A stretch of 61,676 nucleotides of DNA, counting the filler, from Squatina squatina (lineage: Eukaryota): NCBI GenBank assembly GCA_031763465.1. It is 3 parts of 3 records of this genome, joined end to end, with 100 filler letters (N's around TTAATTAATTAA, not from the genome) between each part and the next. Parts side by side here need not be neighbours in the genome. Positions count along the whole stretch, not along the records: positions 1 to 25,730 come from JARFOE010000080.1; 2 more parts are not named here. One strand, 5' to 3'. Positions 11,875 to 25,472 of the stretch are shown here, in pieces (the stretch's first letter is position 1; each line of letters begins with the position of its first letter). A model generated the notes under the pieces. That model worked only from the letters and a program-made list of their open reading frames with translations. It had not been told where the DNA came from and did no database searches. A program made the position numbers and the translations under genes.

Positions 11875-12066
11875 AAAGCAAAATACTGCGGATGCTGGAA
11901 TCTGAAATAAAAACAGAAAATGCTGGAAATACTCAGCAGATCAGGCAGCATCTGTGGAGAGAGAAACAGAGTTAATGTTTCATCAGAACGAAGGGTCATT
12001 AGCCTGAAACGTCAACAAGGTTTCTCTCTCCACAGAAGCTCCCTGACCGGCTGAGTATTTCCAACG
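11875..12066. mobile_element. Interspersed repeat with inverted arms (Penelope-type terminal sequence); partial copies near 35090-35150 and 57532-57600
   Basis: gctggaaatactcagcagatcaggcagcatctgtggagagagaaac on the left is answered by gtttctctctccacagaagctccctgaccggctgagtatttcca on the right. The family assignment is from recall. Confidence 0.6.
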
Positions 12067-12719
12067 TAAACGTTTAAATTGCCTTCTGTTGACAGAAATA
12101 TTCCAACAAAGCCTAAAAATGTATTTTAATGTTTCATAATAGATAGCTCACAGGAAGTTCTGAGGTATGTGGTTTACCAAATGGATTTAACAAAATTACT
12201 TTATTAGTTATGGAATAATTTCTGAGGAATAATAATTAAACTCAAACCATATTACACCTCTCCCATACTGTTACATTTACTTCAAAGAGATTTTAGAATG
12301 GATGTTGAGCATACAGCCTGTTATCAGAAATAAGAATGGTATTTCTTACTGTTGGTTAGTGTGCTTCTATGAAGTGCCTCTATGAACTATTTTAACACAT
12401 TCATTAATGTGTTTACTTTAAGTGGTTCAATGTATACAATAGAAATAGCATAAAAATGATTTTCAAACAATTCACTAATGCATGTTACAAATAGCACCAA
12501 GAGTAATGTCAGCCTGTTAACCTCTCCCCCCATCCCTCCAACCATAGGTTCCAAATGTCATGGCCTTTTACAGAATTCTTCGAGGAACCATATTGGACTG
12601 TTAATTCAAATAGCCAGCAGTAGCATCAAAGTGTAAATACAAAATCAACAATTCTGCTAGCCAGTAATTTAGGATGAAATGCAGAGAACCACAATGCAAG
12701 TTATCATAGAAGAGAATGA

Positions 12720-12869
12720 TACAGGATAGAAAGAGGAAGGAGGACATTCAGCCCATCGTGCCTGTGCCGACTCTTTGATAGAGCTACCAATTAATTTTAC
12801 TCCCCTGTCCTTTCCCCATAGCCCTGTAAACATTTCCCATTCAAGTATTTATCCAACACCCTTTTGAAA
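12720..12869 (-). mobile_element. CR1 LINE 3' end
   Basis: ggaggacattcagcccatcgtgcctgtgccgactctttg...tttccccatagccctg is the reverse of the tail at 44230-44340. Confidence 0.75.
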
Positions 12870-14726
12870 NNNNNNNNNNNNNNNNNNNNNNNNNNNNNNN
12901 NNNNNNNNNNNNNNNNNNNNNNNNNNNNNNNNNNNNNNNNNNNNNNNNNNNNNNNNNNNNNNNNNNNNNTAGTTTACTGAGATGGAATGCATGGTTCACC
13001 TTGGCATTTAGACTAAACAATGTACTGGGTGACAGTGGGTTAAACCTTGAACTTTGTGCTTAAAGCCAGCCCAAACTGATAGCTCCTGCGAAATCTCAGC
13101 ATTAGTTCAGATCCCAAGTTGCTCCTAATTAAGCACTGCCACAAAATTTCTGAGACTGGGCAATGCTGCATCTAACTGTGGTATACTTAACCTGGGAGGG
13201 ATGCACAAATAAGATGCCTGAAAAAAAGTGTTCAATTTGTAAGCTCTGATGTCTTTCACCTTTAGCTAGTACAAAAGGAAACTACAAATAGACAGATTAA
13301 AACTTATTTTTAGTGGATCTTTGACAAGGTTACCACCAATATATTTAGTTGTTTTTATAAGCTGAAGTTATCGGACTTATTTAATCATCATGAGAGAATC
13401 CACAAATGCTTCCAGTACAAATACACATTTAGCTTTCTGACATTCTGTCATCTAAATTCAGTGCATCTGCCACGTTTGGTTGAATCATTTCAGAATTTTA
13501 TCACCGTAGTATAAACCTTTTGGTGCATTTACATTATTTAGTAGCTTTTTCCCTCATTGTCCACATGAAACAGTTTTAGTGTAATTGCTCATTTATGACT
13601 AGATTAATCCATATTTATGAAATGCATCTTAATTTACATTTTTGATAGTTCTTAATTACCAAATTTTCAGAGAAGGTAACTGATTAACATATTCCATCTA
13701 AAATTAGGTGTCCCTTCATAAGTGTAGTCACACTATTGAGTTGCCTGATATACAATGAGCGCACTGGCACTACATATTGCATAGAATATCATTGTCAGTA
13801 CTAAATCCAGTTTCAGAGTGACACTATGTATTTCACACACGAGCCTGGAGAATGGCTGCAAAAATTCCCTCAAATAAAGTTTTCTGAATGTTGCTTTAGT
13901 TTGCTTTTAAATTACAAGTTTTCATAGATGATCCATGGGGTCACTAGAGTCCTTCCTGTCCGTCAGAGATTTCTGTATGTGTTAACTTACTTGTGTTATT
14001 TCTGTTGCTGTATACAAAAACAATTTCTGCAATGACTATTCTGGATAGATTTCCAAAGTCCAAAGGGCTCTTTGGAATGTTAATTTTGCGCAAAAAGAAT
14101 GAGATTACTACTAAAGAACAAACTACTAATTGCTAGAATATTGCAATTCAAGATGACCATAAAAAAAAAACTTACCTGCTAACAGTTTAATCTCCTGTTT
14201 ACATTTTTGAAAAAAAGAATTGATGCAGATCACAGAACATATCGCAATTCAATCACAATGTTACTATTTTTCGCTTTAAAAAATTCACTATTTTACTTAA
14301 AAACGCATGTATGTTTTAAAATATTCACTGCTTTTAAAAAATACAATCCAGACCGCTGCACTATATTCAGGGCCCATCGTCAGTGGAAATATCTCAAGTC
14401 TTTTAATTTGCAGTTTGGCACTAATTACAAATTTTAAAACCTAGCACTAATTTGCATTTTTAAACAAATACAACCAAACATTAAAAAAAAATAGAAAAGT
14501 CTCTTCAATTGATCAGAATGTAATGCTTCATGCTGCCACAATATGAGCAAGTGTTTATGGAGAATGCCTCCAGTATTCATGTGAATGTACAGCATGTTAA
14601 TCCTTTTTACTGCACCAAACAGAGAACTATTATACTTAAAACAAAGCATGCATACAGTCACCATGGTCATCAAATATGCTGGTTGTGATCAAGGCTGTGA
14701 TTTAACTTCAGTTTCTTAAAATCAGT

Positions 14727-14953
14727 TCACACANNNNNNNNNNNNNNNNNNNNNNNNNNNNNNNNNNNNNNNNNNNNNNNNNNNNNNNNNNNNNNNNNNN
14801 NNNNNNNNNNNNNNNNNNNNNNNNNNNNNNNNNNNNNNNNNNNNNNNNNNNNNATAATCTGCTTGTGGAACTTTTCTCGAACACGATTAAACTCCATTAT
14901 GTCAAGAGGATCCTCTTCAATCCAGAATTTGTGAAACTCATGCATCAGGTAAC
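14727..14953 (-). CDS. ELMOD1: ELMOD1 last coding exon (middle part lies in the gap 14734-14853)
   Basis: Acceptor tatacag|, then (C)YLMHEFHKFWIEEDPLDIMEFNRVREKFHKQI. The stop TGA at 14727-14729 after the gap is tentative. Confidence 0.9.
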
Positions 14954-17633
14954 CTGTATAGAACACAGGAAAAAGCAGATTTTAACATTTCTCCATCTTG
15001 TAGGAAAATTAGTAAAGACCAACAAACAAAGCAGTTCTAATACAATTCACTTTCATTTGTTCAAGTACTTAGATCCCAAAAATGAAAGGAGAGCATGCTA
15101 ACTTACCAAGCTTCCAATCTACTAAGGGACTTGGCATATTACATGGAACATCAAGAGGGTGAGTTTGCAGCAATTGTAATAAGGGCAAGTGATTCACAAA
15201 TTTAATGCTGGTGGTTGCTTAGCGCAGAGAAAAGCCTGGATAATTTATAATAGGGTGAAAAAGGCAAGCCAGAGTTTTTCAGTCTTCTCGTGCATGTTCA
15301 GAAACTCTGGTTCTGCAAGTGATGGCTAATTCTACATTTGAACTATATACACAAGTGCCATAGCCTCCCAGACTTTGCATATCTGTATCTGAACGCCAAA
15401 CAACAGCTGTACAGTAAAATATTACTCACACCATTATAAAGGTTTTACACCCAAACTTGCAAGTAACATTAATGCACATTAAGGCATTTAGGTCAGAAAG
15501 AACGGCATTTCAACAACTGTTTGGCTCAACAAAAGACATCTGAGTCTATGTTTAGAAGCTACTTACAGAAGGTCTTGTGGAAGTGAGAAAGTGATGGTGC
15601 TTCAGGGGCAACATTATACAAATGGGTTTTCAATGCCCCACTTAGTAGCAAAGTATATGAAAGGTCAGTGATATTAATTCCCACTATAGCAAAGGAAAAC
15701 CTGTAATCGAGAGAACAAATAAATATAAAAGCATACAAGAACTGAATATTCTTATGTATAATNNNNNNNNNNNNNNNNNNNNNNNNNNNNNNNNNNNNNN
15801 NNNNNNNNNNNNNNNNNNNNNNNNNNNNNNNNNNNNNNNNNNNNNNNNNNNNNNNNNNNNNNAAGAGCCAGTTACATCCATCAATAGAAAAGATAGTTGG
15901 TCTTTGAAGAGGAGGATTTAATTTTTGGAGTGAGGGAATAAACTAAAGAGGAATTATATAGAGAACAGTAAGTGGGTAATTACAAAGGGGAACAACTCGC
16001 TGAGGAACCCATATCATAAACGACCAGTTACAAGTCTCAAATCATCTGAAATCTGAGAAAGGAGACTACCTCCGTGAATACAGAGTTTGTCACTGCCAGA
16101 ACACTTGCATTATTTTCTCAGGCAAGGTAATCCATAACACTTTGGTAGAAGAGGACCCTGACACTGCGTGAGAGACAGTTACAGGAAAAAAAGAAAACAT
16201 TTAACAAAGAATGAAAAGGGAGAAAAAAAAAACAATTCTGACTGACTTTGAATTATTTCCTTCCTTCTTATACATTGTACTCAATTCCCAACTGAGATCA
16301 GGCAATCAGTTCCAAGTTTCTGCTTACAACAGTTCAGAACCAGTTACAAGTTAGTGCTCAAAGTTAGTAAGAGGTTGTTTCTGATATCCCCTCTTTCCTG
16401 AAAGCAGCTCATCTCAACTGAGGAGCTGACCACTTTGTACTTCATATCTCTTCCCAAATCTTAGACCAATTTAACAACCCCAGCTGAGATATGAAAATTA
16501 TTGAAAGAAATATGCATGTTGTCCTTCCACAGCCTGTTAGTACTTCAACAAATTGTGCCATCCAACTATCCCCAATTTGTAATGTTTTGTAACTGTTGCT
16601 ATTAATAGATGTAATTAGGCATGTAAAGTGATATTAGTTGGTACAGCAGTTCACAACAGTGAACTTGAACTTTAATCCAAGTACAATGCTGTCTTACATG
16701 GTTTGAATCTCACAGATCTTCAAAGTGTAAAATAATATGTTGAGAACTAAATCTAAGTCACAAGTGGAAGGACATTTATTCGCAGTGGTACATGAGATGG
16801 TTTAGCACTTACTGGATATCTAGATTTAGGGTTACAAGACCACACTGTCCATTTTATTTAGATTCAATGAGCTGAGGCTTTTACAGCTGGTGTTAATGTA
16901 ATCTTCCAACAAGGGAAATTGTTTTAATTCTGTTAGGATCCTATTACAAGTAAATCCATATTTTAGGGCCTAATTACTGTGCACTTAAAGGGATGCTAAT
17001 ATCACACAGCATGACATCGCCAAATTTGTCTTTTATCACTGAGTTTGATCACCGTATCAGCTTACATTCTACACAACAAAGAAAAACTATATGGCCTGTA
17101 CCATACAATCTGACTTCCTTTTATGCTACAAATCCACTCTCAGAAGTGACTTGATACAATTGAAATTCTCATTCTTTTGATGGTAAAAGTGTTCTGTTTA
17201 TGTCTCAGGGCTATTTCACCACAGTTCAGTGAAAGCAGTAGTTTAAAAAAATTGCTGCCACCAGACTGATTAACGAAGGCCTTATGGGCTGTGGGCATGT
17301 GACAGTTTCACTTGCATGTACTGATATGGAGCACCTCCAGCATTTGGAAATGTTATTGAGCAAAAAAGATTTTATTAATAAAAATGAAGTCAGAATCATG
17401 CTACACTCATACATGCTTTTAAAATATTTTGTTAAGCTACAATAGGAGTATAATCAGCAAAGCTGCTCATTATAAACTTCACCTGAACAATGCTTTTGTA
17501 ATTTTGAAAAACTGAACAAAAAAGTTAGTTAAAAAAAATTACATGCTTTCTTTATAATTCACACACAAGAGGCAAGGAAGGGAGAAAAACTGAATAAAAA
17601 AGTTTTATAACATTGCTCATAATATATACTTAC

Positions 17634-17767
17634 ATCAAGTTACATAACCCCAACATCCCCATTCCTCTGAAGTCTGTCTTTGGGTCATCACCTTGGAAAC
17701 CTATTTCACACCACTGCTTGCTAATTCGACCATCCAATGTCACATCAGGGCGAAGCAAAGTCCACAG
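17634..17767 (-). CDS. ELMOD1: ELMOD1 internal exon (ELMO domain)
   Basis: tgtcag| LWTLLRPDVTLDGRISKQWCEIGFQGDDPKTDFRGMGMLGLCNL |gtaagt. It carries the ELMOD GAP motif WxxIGFQGxDPxTDFRGMG and is absent from the ORF track. Confidence 0.93.
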
Positions 17768-18544
17768 CTGACAGAATTTATAGAAAACAAAATAATATTT
17801 CTGCACAAATTGTTTTTTAAAAATTAAATTGTAATAGGTAGGTGAATAAATGAGTTAGTTAGAATTCAAATTCAATCTCCTATTGTCAGTATCTGAATTG
17901 TATAAATGTATACAATCATTTTAAACCAAACAGCTCTATATGATGCAGGAGTTGTTAGTAGCCTCATTTACGGGGAGGGAACAGGGGAGCATGTTTGCAA
18001 GGTGGGGGGAAGGTGGCGGGGGCTGGGGGGGGGTAACCTGGAAATGCCTGGAACATGAAGGTTCTACCGNNNNNNNNNNNNNNNNNNNNNNNNNNNNNNN
18101 NNNNNNNNNNNNNNNNNNNNNNNNNNNNNNNNNNNNNNNNNNNNNNNNNNNNNNNNNNNNNNNNNNNNNGGTCATATCTTGATCCTTCAGCTAACTAATT
18201 AACAGATAATTATCATAACTACTCAGTGACATATGCACTAAATGTATATTTCTACATTACAATCTGCAGTAGATTCTAATGACCTAGATTACTTGAAACT
18301 TTTAGCAGGATAGCATAATTTAAGACCATTGACCCATATAACCATATAGTTGAAACTTGGAGAAAGTTTACCTTTATTAATATGCATAGTGATCTTATCA
18401 AGAGACCATTTCATTTGGTCTCTTTGTTTTTTTAACTTGCTGGCTTTATAAAGCACACTGAATGCCAGTAGAAACTTTAACAGCCTATTTTTAATGGTTA
18501 ATAAAATAATTTCTGGTATAATTGTTTGTTTTGTTTTTTATTAG

Positions 18545-18785
18545 CACTTGGTTGTAGCCAATGGTGGTCTGGGTAACTGTGTCAGCCGACAGCAGCTGGT
18601 TGAAGTGTTACAGCAATTTGGAACAGTTAAGACCCTTCTGATGCTTCCTAACAAACCACATGCTTTTGCAACGTATGGTACAATTCAAGAAGCCAGGGAG
18701 GCATACAATGCTCTTAATGGACGAGACCTAAAGACTGATGGAAATACTCAACCTATCACTTTGTATCTGAACTTTGTGGAGGAAG
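18545..18785 (+). CDS. ALKBH8: ALKBH8 RRM-domain exon
   Basis: ttttattag| [18 protein letters not shown]...[13 protein letters not shown]...LNGRDL...[10 protein letters not shown] |gtaagt. Confidence 0.93.
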
Positions 18786-19641
18786 GTAAGTTAATTTACA
18801 TTTTTCTGATTTTCAATAGTGTTGAGCTGTAAAATTCAACATTTTAGGTCAGTCTAAGTTCTTTAATTTTTATGGAATGAACTTATTAAAGACTTGATTT
18901 TTTTTTTGCATTATAATTAACTTAGCTCCCCTACAATTTAAAGACAGTTTATTCATGAAGAGTAGTATTGTTCAATCAATGCAAACCCTTTTCCAGAAAT
19001 ATTATCCTAGCTTATGAAAGCTTTTTTTTCCACTGCATTTGCTTTTAAAGCTGATTTTATAATTGTGGCAGAAAAGTATTTAAAGTATATCTTTACTCAA
19101 ATTCCGCAAAACCGCAGATGATTCCCCAATTCTNNNNNNNNNNGTATCTGAGCGGAAAGATCTGTATGAATTTACCTGTTGGTCCTGGGGCTGTGAAAAC
19201 TTGCGCTCCTGCACCTCCACAGGAACGTAGGTGGAGTGGTCCAGGGATATCTCTGGTCTGTACGATTCGCATACACAAGTGAGATCATGTGGGAGGCAGT
19301 CTCAACCAATCAGGTAGGAGTATCTCCCATTCATGCTTCTGCAGATCTGTCATATGCAGAGATTTGTAGAAGTATGAATGGGGGATTACAATCACTNNNN
19401 NNNNNNNNNNNNNNNNNNNNNNNNNNNNNNNNNNNNNNNNNNNNNNNNNNNNNNNNNNNNNNNNNNNNNNNNNNNNNNNNNNNNNNNNNNNNNNNNGAAG
19501 AGGATCGCAAACCTTAATTTAAGTTTTTTCAGTTTGACTGATTACCTTACAAACACTGACACGTTTCCAATAAACTCGCAAATCAGAGGTGGAGAGTTTT
19601 ATTTCAACTCCTATTAATAGCATGTTATTGTTGCTGTATCA

Positions 19642-19655
19642 CCTCTAGATGGTGC
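19642..19655 (+). promoter_or_regulatory. CTCF-like motif
   Basis: CCTCTAGATGGTGC resembles the CTCF core CCASYAGRKGGCRC. This is a motif match only. Confidence 0.35.
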
Positions 19656-20210
19656 TCTAGATTAGAATAGCAAGCATCACTCTCGTGCCAAAAGGTGGCT
19701 GCATTCCATAATTGAGTGTTCCTGTTTGTTGATCCCTCTTTTGATAATTCCCCTATTGCTAAATGTCAAAAGTGCCATTGGATGCATTCTTAAAAAGGGA
19801 CTACAATTGTTTGCTCATGATCACTGTAGGAATGTTCAAGCTCCATCCTAGAATAGATGACCTTGAGTTAATCTGAGCACTCTGCTATGTGTCGTGCTCT
19901 GATTTAACTGTGTGCACTTATCTGCACGTGAAACCTCTGCATTCTTGCACAACAGCTGTGTGATGGAAGGATACCCAACTGTGCTTTCAATGCAAAGTGA
20001 GGAATGTCTCTCAAACTGAATTATAGTTTGAATAAAATAAAGAGCTTACATAATATATANNNNNNNNNNNNNNNNNNNNNNNNNNNNNNNNNNNNNNNNN
20101 NNNNNNNNNNNNNNNNNNNNNNNNNNNNNNNNNNNNNNNNNNNNNNNNNNNNNNNNNNNGTTGTTATATAAATTTTGATTAGAAAAAGGATGTTCTGCTC
20201 TTGTCCACAG

Positions 20211-20473
20211 CTTACCCAGAAGTCTGTGACAGTCAGATCAGTTGCAGAGAACCTCCGCCCTCCGTGCCAAGCAGTGATGAGGATGCCTCAAAGCTGGAGC
20301 ATAAGTATGTGCACAATGTCTATGATGAGATCGCTGGCCACTTCAGTAGTACCAGGCACACTCCATGGCCAAAGGTGATTGAATTCCTCAAAGCACTGCC
20401 AGATGGAGCTTTTGTGGCTGATGTTGGTTGTGGAAATGGCAAATACCTGGGTGTGAACAAGGAATTGTTCATG
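20211..20473 (+). CDS. ALKBH8: ALKBH8 exon (start of the Trm9-like SAM methyltransferase domain)
   Basis: ccacag| YPEVCDSQ...[24 protein letters not shown]...[20 protein letters not shown] |gtaaat. Confidence 0.95.
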
Positions 20474-21869
20474 GTAAATATATGTTTCTTAATATTCAAA
20501 CACAAAATGACTGTGGATAACTTTTACATTTTTAAATTAAGGTTGCAGAAACTGCATTCAGTTTTGGTTACTAAGAATAGATTCACAGGAGAAATTAAGC
20601 CTTTTAAATTCTACAAGGGGAGGAGGGAAAATGGTATGCTCTTTTATACCCTATGCAATATTCTAGCAACTGTATTAAGGTACGCTAGCAAACTCTAGAA
20701 TTTCTGGCTGGTTATAAACAAGACCCTCACGATGCACAACCTCCACCATGGGGGAATCTACTGACATTCTGGCACCAACACAAAACTGGCTTATGGACTG
20801 TGACTCCTTGCTCCTCACAAAGTCTCCTTGCCTGGCTTCACATTCCAATACTTGTCCTGCCCAAACATCTGTGGCAATGCTGAAGCTCTGATCAAATTGC
20901 ACCTCTGCTTCTTCTTTCTCACTCTCGCATCTCCTCTGACACCTTTTTCTCTTGAAGCCCCTCAGCCTCTTTCATCCCTCTGGTTTCTCGCTTACTACCC
21001 TTGCAAGCCCCACTGCAACTTCATCACCTCCCTTAGCCCCTGCAGTAAGTAACTTCGACACACATACTTAAAATCCCTCGGTTTCTCTGGCCACACTCAA
21101 TTTCACCCTTTTTATATAAACTCTCCAAATCACATCCGCTCCATCTCTTTGACCTCACCATCTGCTGGGCCCTCTTCACCTTCAAGGTCTCGATCCCTCA
21201 CTTCCTTTACCAGCTGCATCCCTCTGTCTTCCTTCAATACTGCAACCATTACCCTCTGCCCCTGTTTATTTATTTAAAAAAAAACAGCTTCCCCCAGCTC
21301 AATCACAAATTCACTTGTACTTCAGCTCCCTCTCTTTGTGGCCTGCACCCATTCTTTTGAGTTGATCAACTGCTCCCTTGCCTGTGCTTTCGATGAACTT
21401 GTTGTCAGCAAATCCAAACCGCTGCCATAAAGTTGTGTATGAGTGAACAACTGAACACTGAAAGACCAAAAGTATTGTTTTAAGCCCTGATGTAAAATCT
21501 ACAGCTTGCAGCCTGTGCACCCAGGCAATTGTTCAGGCTGAGTTGGGCCTTGTGAGACCGTGCCGTCTTATTTCACCTAAAGTTGAGTTTCAAATCCTAC
21601 GTTCCATCCCTAACCAAGATTGTTTACTTCTATATCCATAACATCCTCCACCCCAAACTCCCTACTGCCAGCAAAATCTTTCTTCATGCTTTTGTCCCTT
21701 CTAAATGCAATTCCAGTGNNNNNNNNNNNNNNNNNNNNNNNNNNNNNNNNNNNNNNNNNNNNNNNNNNNNNNNNNNNNNNNNNNNNNNNNNNNNNNNNNN
21801 NNNNNNNNNNNNNNNNNNTGGTACCTCACCCATATTTATAAGCCAAGACAGCAAGTTTCAGCAATCTGT

Positions 21870-22095
21870 GTGACCTTTTGAGACATCACAGCTGAGCCAA
21901 ATGCTATCCCCATCTGAAGTTCGTGCATATGTGTTTTCCAACATGATTTACTATAAGGAGCGAAAACCCTGACACTTTTTTGTCCCTAAAGGAGTGCTGA
22001 AGCTAATTGAGGTCAGCTAAATAAGCAGAGACTGGAATTTGGATTTTGGTCCTTCCTAGTCTGTATGGCTCAGTGTTCTAATCAACTGAGTACTC
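21870..22095 (-). mobile_element. Degenerate SINE-like remnant (related pieces near 35400-35520 and 36280-36480)
   Basis: Minus strand reads actgagccatacagactaggaaggac...ttagctgacctca, resembling a tRNA-derived SINE head. Diverged similar segments recur. Confidence 0.4.
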
Positions 22096-23153
22096 AAGTG
22101 AGATGTTGGATTAACAGTTGAAGTAAGTTTTTATGCATCTTTTATGAAGCCTGCTTAGTTTTAATTTATTAAGGAGATTGATGGTTCTCTGATTTCTCAA
22201 CCTGTGGACCAGTCTTTGCAATACTAATTTCAAATATTTCATCAAGATCTGTTCATGCAGAATATTAATCCAATAAAGTGTTATAAATTTAGTAATTAAA
22301 AAAATTAACAGTTAGTCTCCAATTAATGTATTCGTACTAATACATTTGAACACAGGTGTGAAGACTTTGCCATAATGTTGATATGAAATTAAAGACTGAG
22401 AAATCCTCTTACCACTTGAGGCTTTCTTCATTTTAATTATTTGCAATTAAAATTTCATTTGCTTGCTATATATATTTATGAAGAATATGCTCCTACTTTT
22501 CCCAGGAGACTTTTGCAAGATTTTTTAATCAAAATTGNNNNNNNNNNNNNNNNNNNNNNNNNNNNNNNNNNNNNNNNNNNNNNNNNNNNNNNNNNNNNNN
22601 NNNNNNNNNNNNNNNNNNNNNNNNNNNNNNNNNNNNNCTTCATCTTTTCTTTTGTTTCTTCAACAAATTCTATAAGCTTGGTAAAGCACAACCTTCCACT
22701 TAGAAATTCATGCTTATTTTCTCCAAGTGATTATTAATTTTGTACAGAATTATACATTGTAGTAGTTTGTATACAATTAAACCCAAAATCCAAAGTGCTA
22801 TTGGAAATTCTCTTTTAAAACTGCAGCACCTCTTTATTTAATTGGGGGATTTGACAAGTGCTGCAGGTTCTGACTTTTGACTGATTCACAATGTCTTTGG
22901 CATCCTCTGCAGATACCAGATGGTGTAGTGCCATGCGAGTAAGAAATCGCAGATTACTGATAAAATGTTTTAGACGGCAGAATTAACTGTAAACAAAGCA
23001 TTAACTGCAATGTTAAGCAGCTTTTCAGTTTTTTTCATTGGAGGTGGGGTGTTTAAATAACATGAGTTCAACTCTACAGAATTTGTCATTTTTTAACATT
23101 ATTTCAATTTATGTAGCTAAATACATTCTTTTGATATATTCATTTTGTGCTAG

Positions 23154-23273
23154 AGAGAAGAGTGGATGACGTTAGACTTCATGTCTTTAAAGACTGTATC
23201 CACTACAGCAATCCGAGCTGGAAAACTGAAGGAGAAAGAAATGGAGCAAGAGAAGGTGCAAGCCATGGAACAG
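23154..23273 (+). CDS. CWF19L2: CWF19L2 internal exon
   Basis: gtgctag| [40 protein letters not shown] |gtaatg, 120 bp. It matches CWF19L2 RDEWMTVDFMSVKTVS. Confidence 0.88.
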
Positions 23274-25472
23274 GTAATGAAAAAAGAAAAATAATTAACT
23301 TCAAATAAACATACGATTTAAGTAACCAATAAATTATAAGATACAGTATTGCAAAGTATCACTATTGTACACTTTNNNNNNNNNNNNNNNNNNNNNNNNN
23401 NNNNNNNNNNNNNNNNNNNNNNNNNNNNNNNNNNNNNNNNNNNNNNNNNNNNNNNNNNNNNNNNNNNNNNNNNNNTTTACAGTCAGCTTTTATGTTCCCT
23501 GCAAGCTTACTCTCATACTCTATTTTCCCCTTAATCAATCCCTTTGTCCTCCTTTTGTCTTCCTAGAAAAGAAGTTACAAAACCAAAATAAAGAGGAAAC
23601 TATGCAGCCGTTGCAATTTTTGTTCTGAATCCAGCTAAATAAATAGGACTTAGTATGCATGATTTGCATGGTTTATCTACAATCATATGCTCCAACATTT
23701 TAGATTATTGTTTCAGTCTTATGATATTTGGCTATTTTGGGCAATAACAAGAGCTTTGTGGTTGCTGTTTTTTGTTTTGCAAGCTCTCATCGGTATGCAC
23801 TCCACTGGGTACATACTTGACAGGTTTCTTAAAAGGATGTTAAGAGCTCTGCGACACCATTTAACTTCACCACTTCTAGTTTCCTTCTTTATTGTTTGAA
23901 AATAAATCTCATTAGTGTACCCAACTGGGTAGTATACTGATGGATTCATTCAGTAGTTTGTTGTGATTGAGGTTGATTTCCCAAAGAATTTCTGTTTTAT
24001 ATATTGATTTGCATTGTTGATAAATTCAGTAATGTCAAATACTTTTACTCGCGGGAAACATTTTTCACCATTATGTCCGAAGACAGACACATTCTCATTT
24101 TATAATGGTCTTTAGCGTTAGTTTTATACGGGTTTAATGCCACAGAGCTAAAAGTGTAGTGGGAAATACAGCCCTCCATTTGATGACTGAGAAACAACTG
24201 CAGTTTAGACATACTATGGGCCTATTATGGCTGATATGTTTTTGATTGTCTCGAAGTAATTTGTCCATTTATTGTTAAAGTCACACCGTTTTTGTATTAC
24301 TTACTGATAAATCCATGTAACTTATATTCTTACCCTTAGCAACAGGATGGATCAGTGACCTGCACCCCAGACCATTTCCACTGTACCAGGGCTAACTTGT
24401 CTGCCAAGTTTTTATTGTACCCTAAAATTGCGGCCGGAGGCGTCCAGCGTGCAGAGGCCTCCGACCTGAAGTATTTTTGCGAAGTTGCCTTGGGTCCCGG
24501 GAGTTTTGCAGATGTNNNNNNNNNNNNNNNNNNNNNNNNNNNNNNNNNNNNNNNNNNNNNNNNNNNNNNNNNNNNNNNNNNNNNNNNNNNNNNNNNNNNN
24601 NNNNNNNNNNNNNNNTTAAAAATGTAAACAACTTGCAAAGTTAAATTAGATCACTGATCATTTTAACATTTACTAAATAGTGTTAGATTACCTATGATTT
24701 CCATATTTTGCTCACAATAAATAAATAGGAGCCACAAAGCTGATCCCCAGTCTTATAGGCCTCTTCGGAGGAAAGACTGGGGACATTTGGAACTCTGAGG
24801 TGTTGAGAGTTGATCTTCTACAGGTATATAGCATAGTAAATGATACTAAAAAGACAACTCGGAAAAGCTACTTTAAATTAAATGTGAGAGTAAGATAAGG
24901 TACCACAGATTCAAATTAGTAAAAGGAAAATTTTGTACTGATGTCAGGAAAAAAATTGACACAAAATGTGATCAACGCATTGAATTGACATCCCAGCCGA
25001 GGAGTAGAGCCAAACTCCTGGAATAATTTAAAAACAAATTAGATGCTGCACTAGGTTTATGGTTATAAACTTGTGTAACTTTATTGTTATTTTGGGGGAT
25101 CCATTAGGATGGGCTGAATAGCCTTCCATGATTATCTTGTGAAGTGCTGATTCTGATATTTTAGTGATTTTAATTAGATGAGTAATTTATTTAACTGAGT
25201 TAAATTAGATTAATCGTAATTTGGACAGCCTTAGATTGCTAGCTGCAGTCGGAGTGAGATGGGGAAAATACAATTCGTGGAAGTAATTTTTTTTAGAAAA
25301 AATCTGTGCTGTACTGTAGTTTATAAAGCAACTTACTCTTGGGCCACTTGCCATTGTTTTGATGTGTGTGCACAAAGGCCAAGGACAAAGGTTGATAATG
25401 TAGCCATTGTTCGCTTTTATCCAAGCAATTATTTCTGACATTTTCAACTGCCCATTTTATCTTTTTCTGTAG

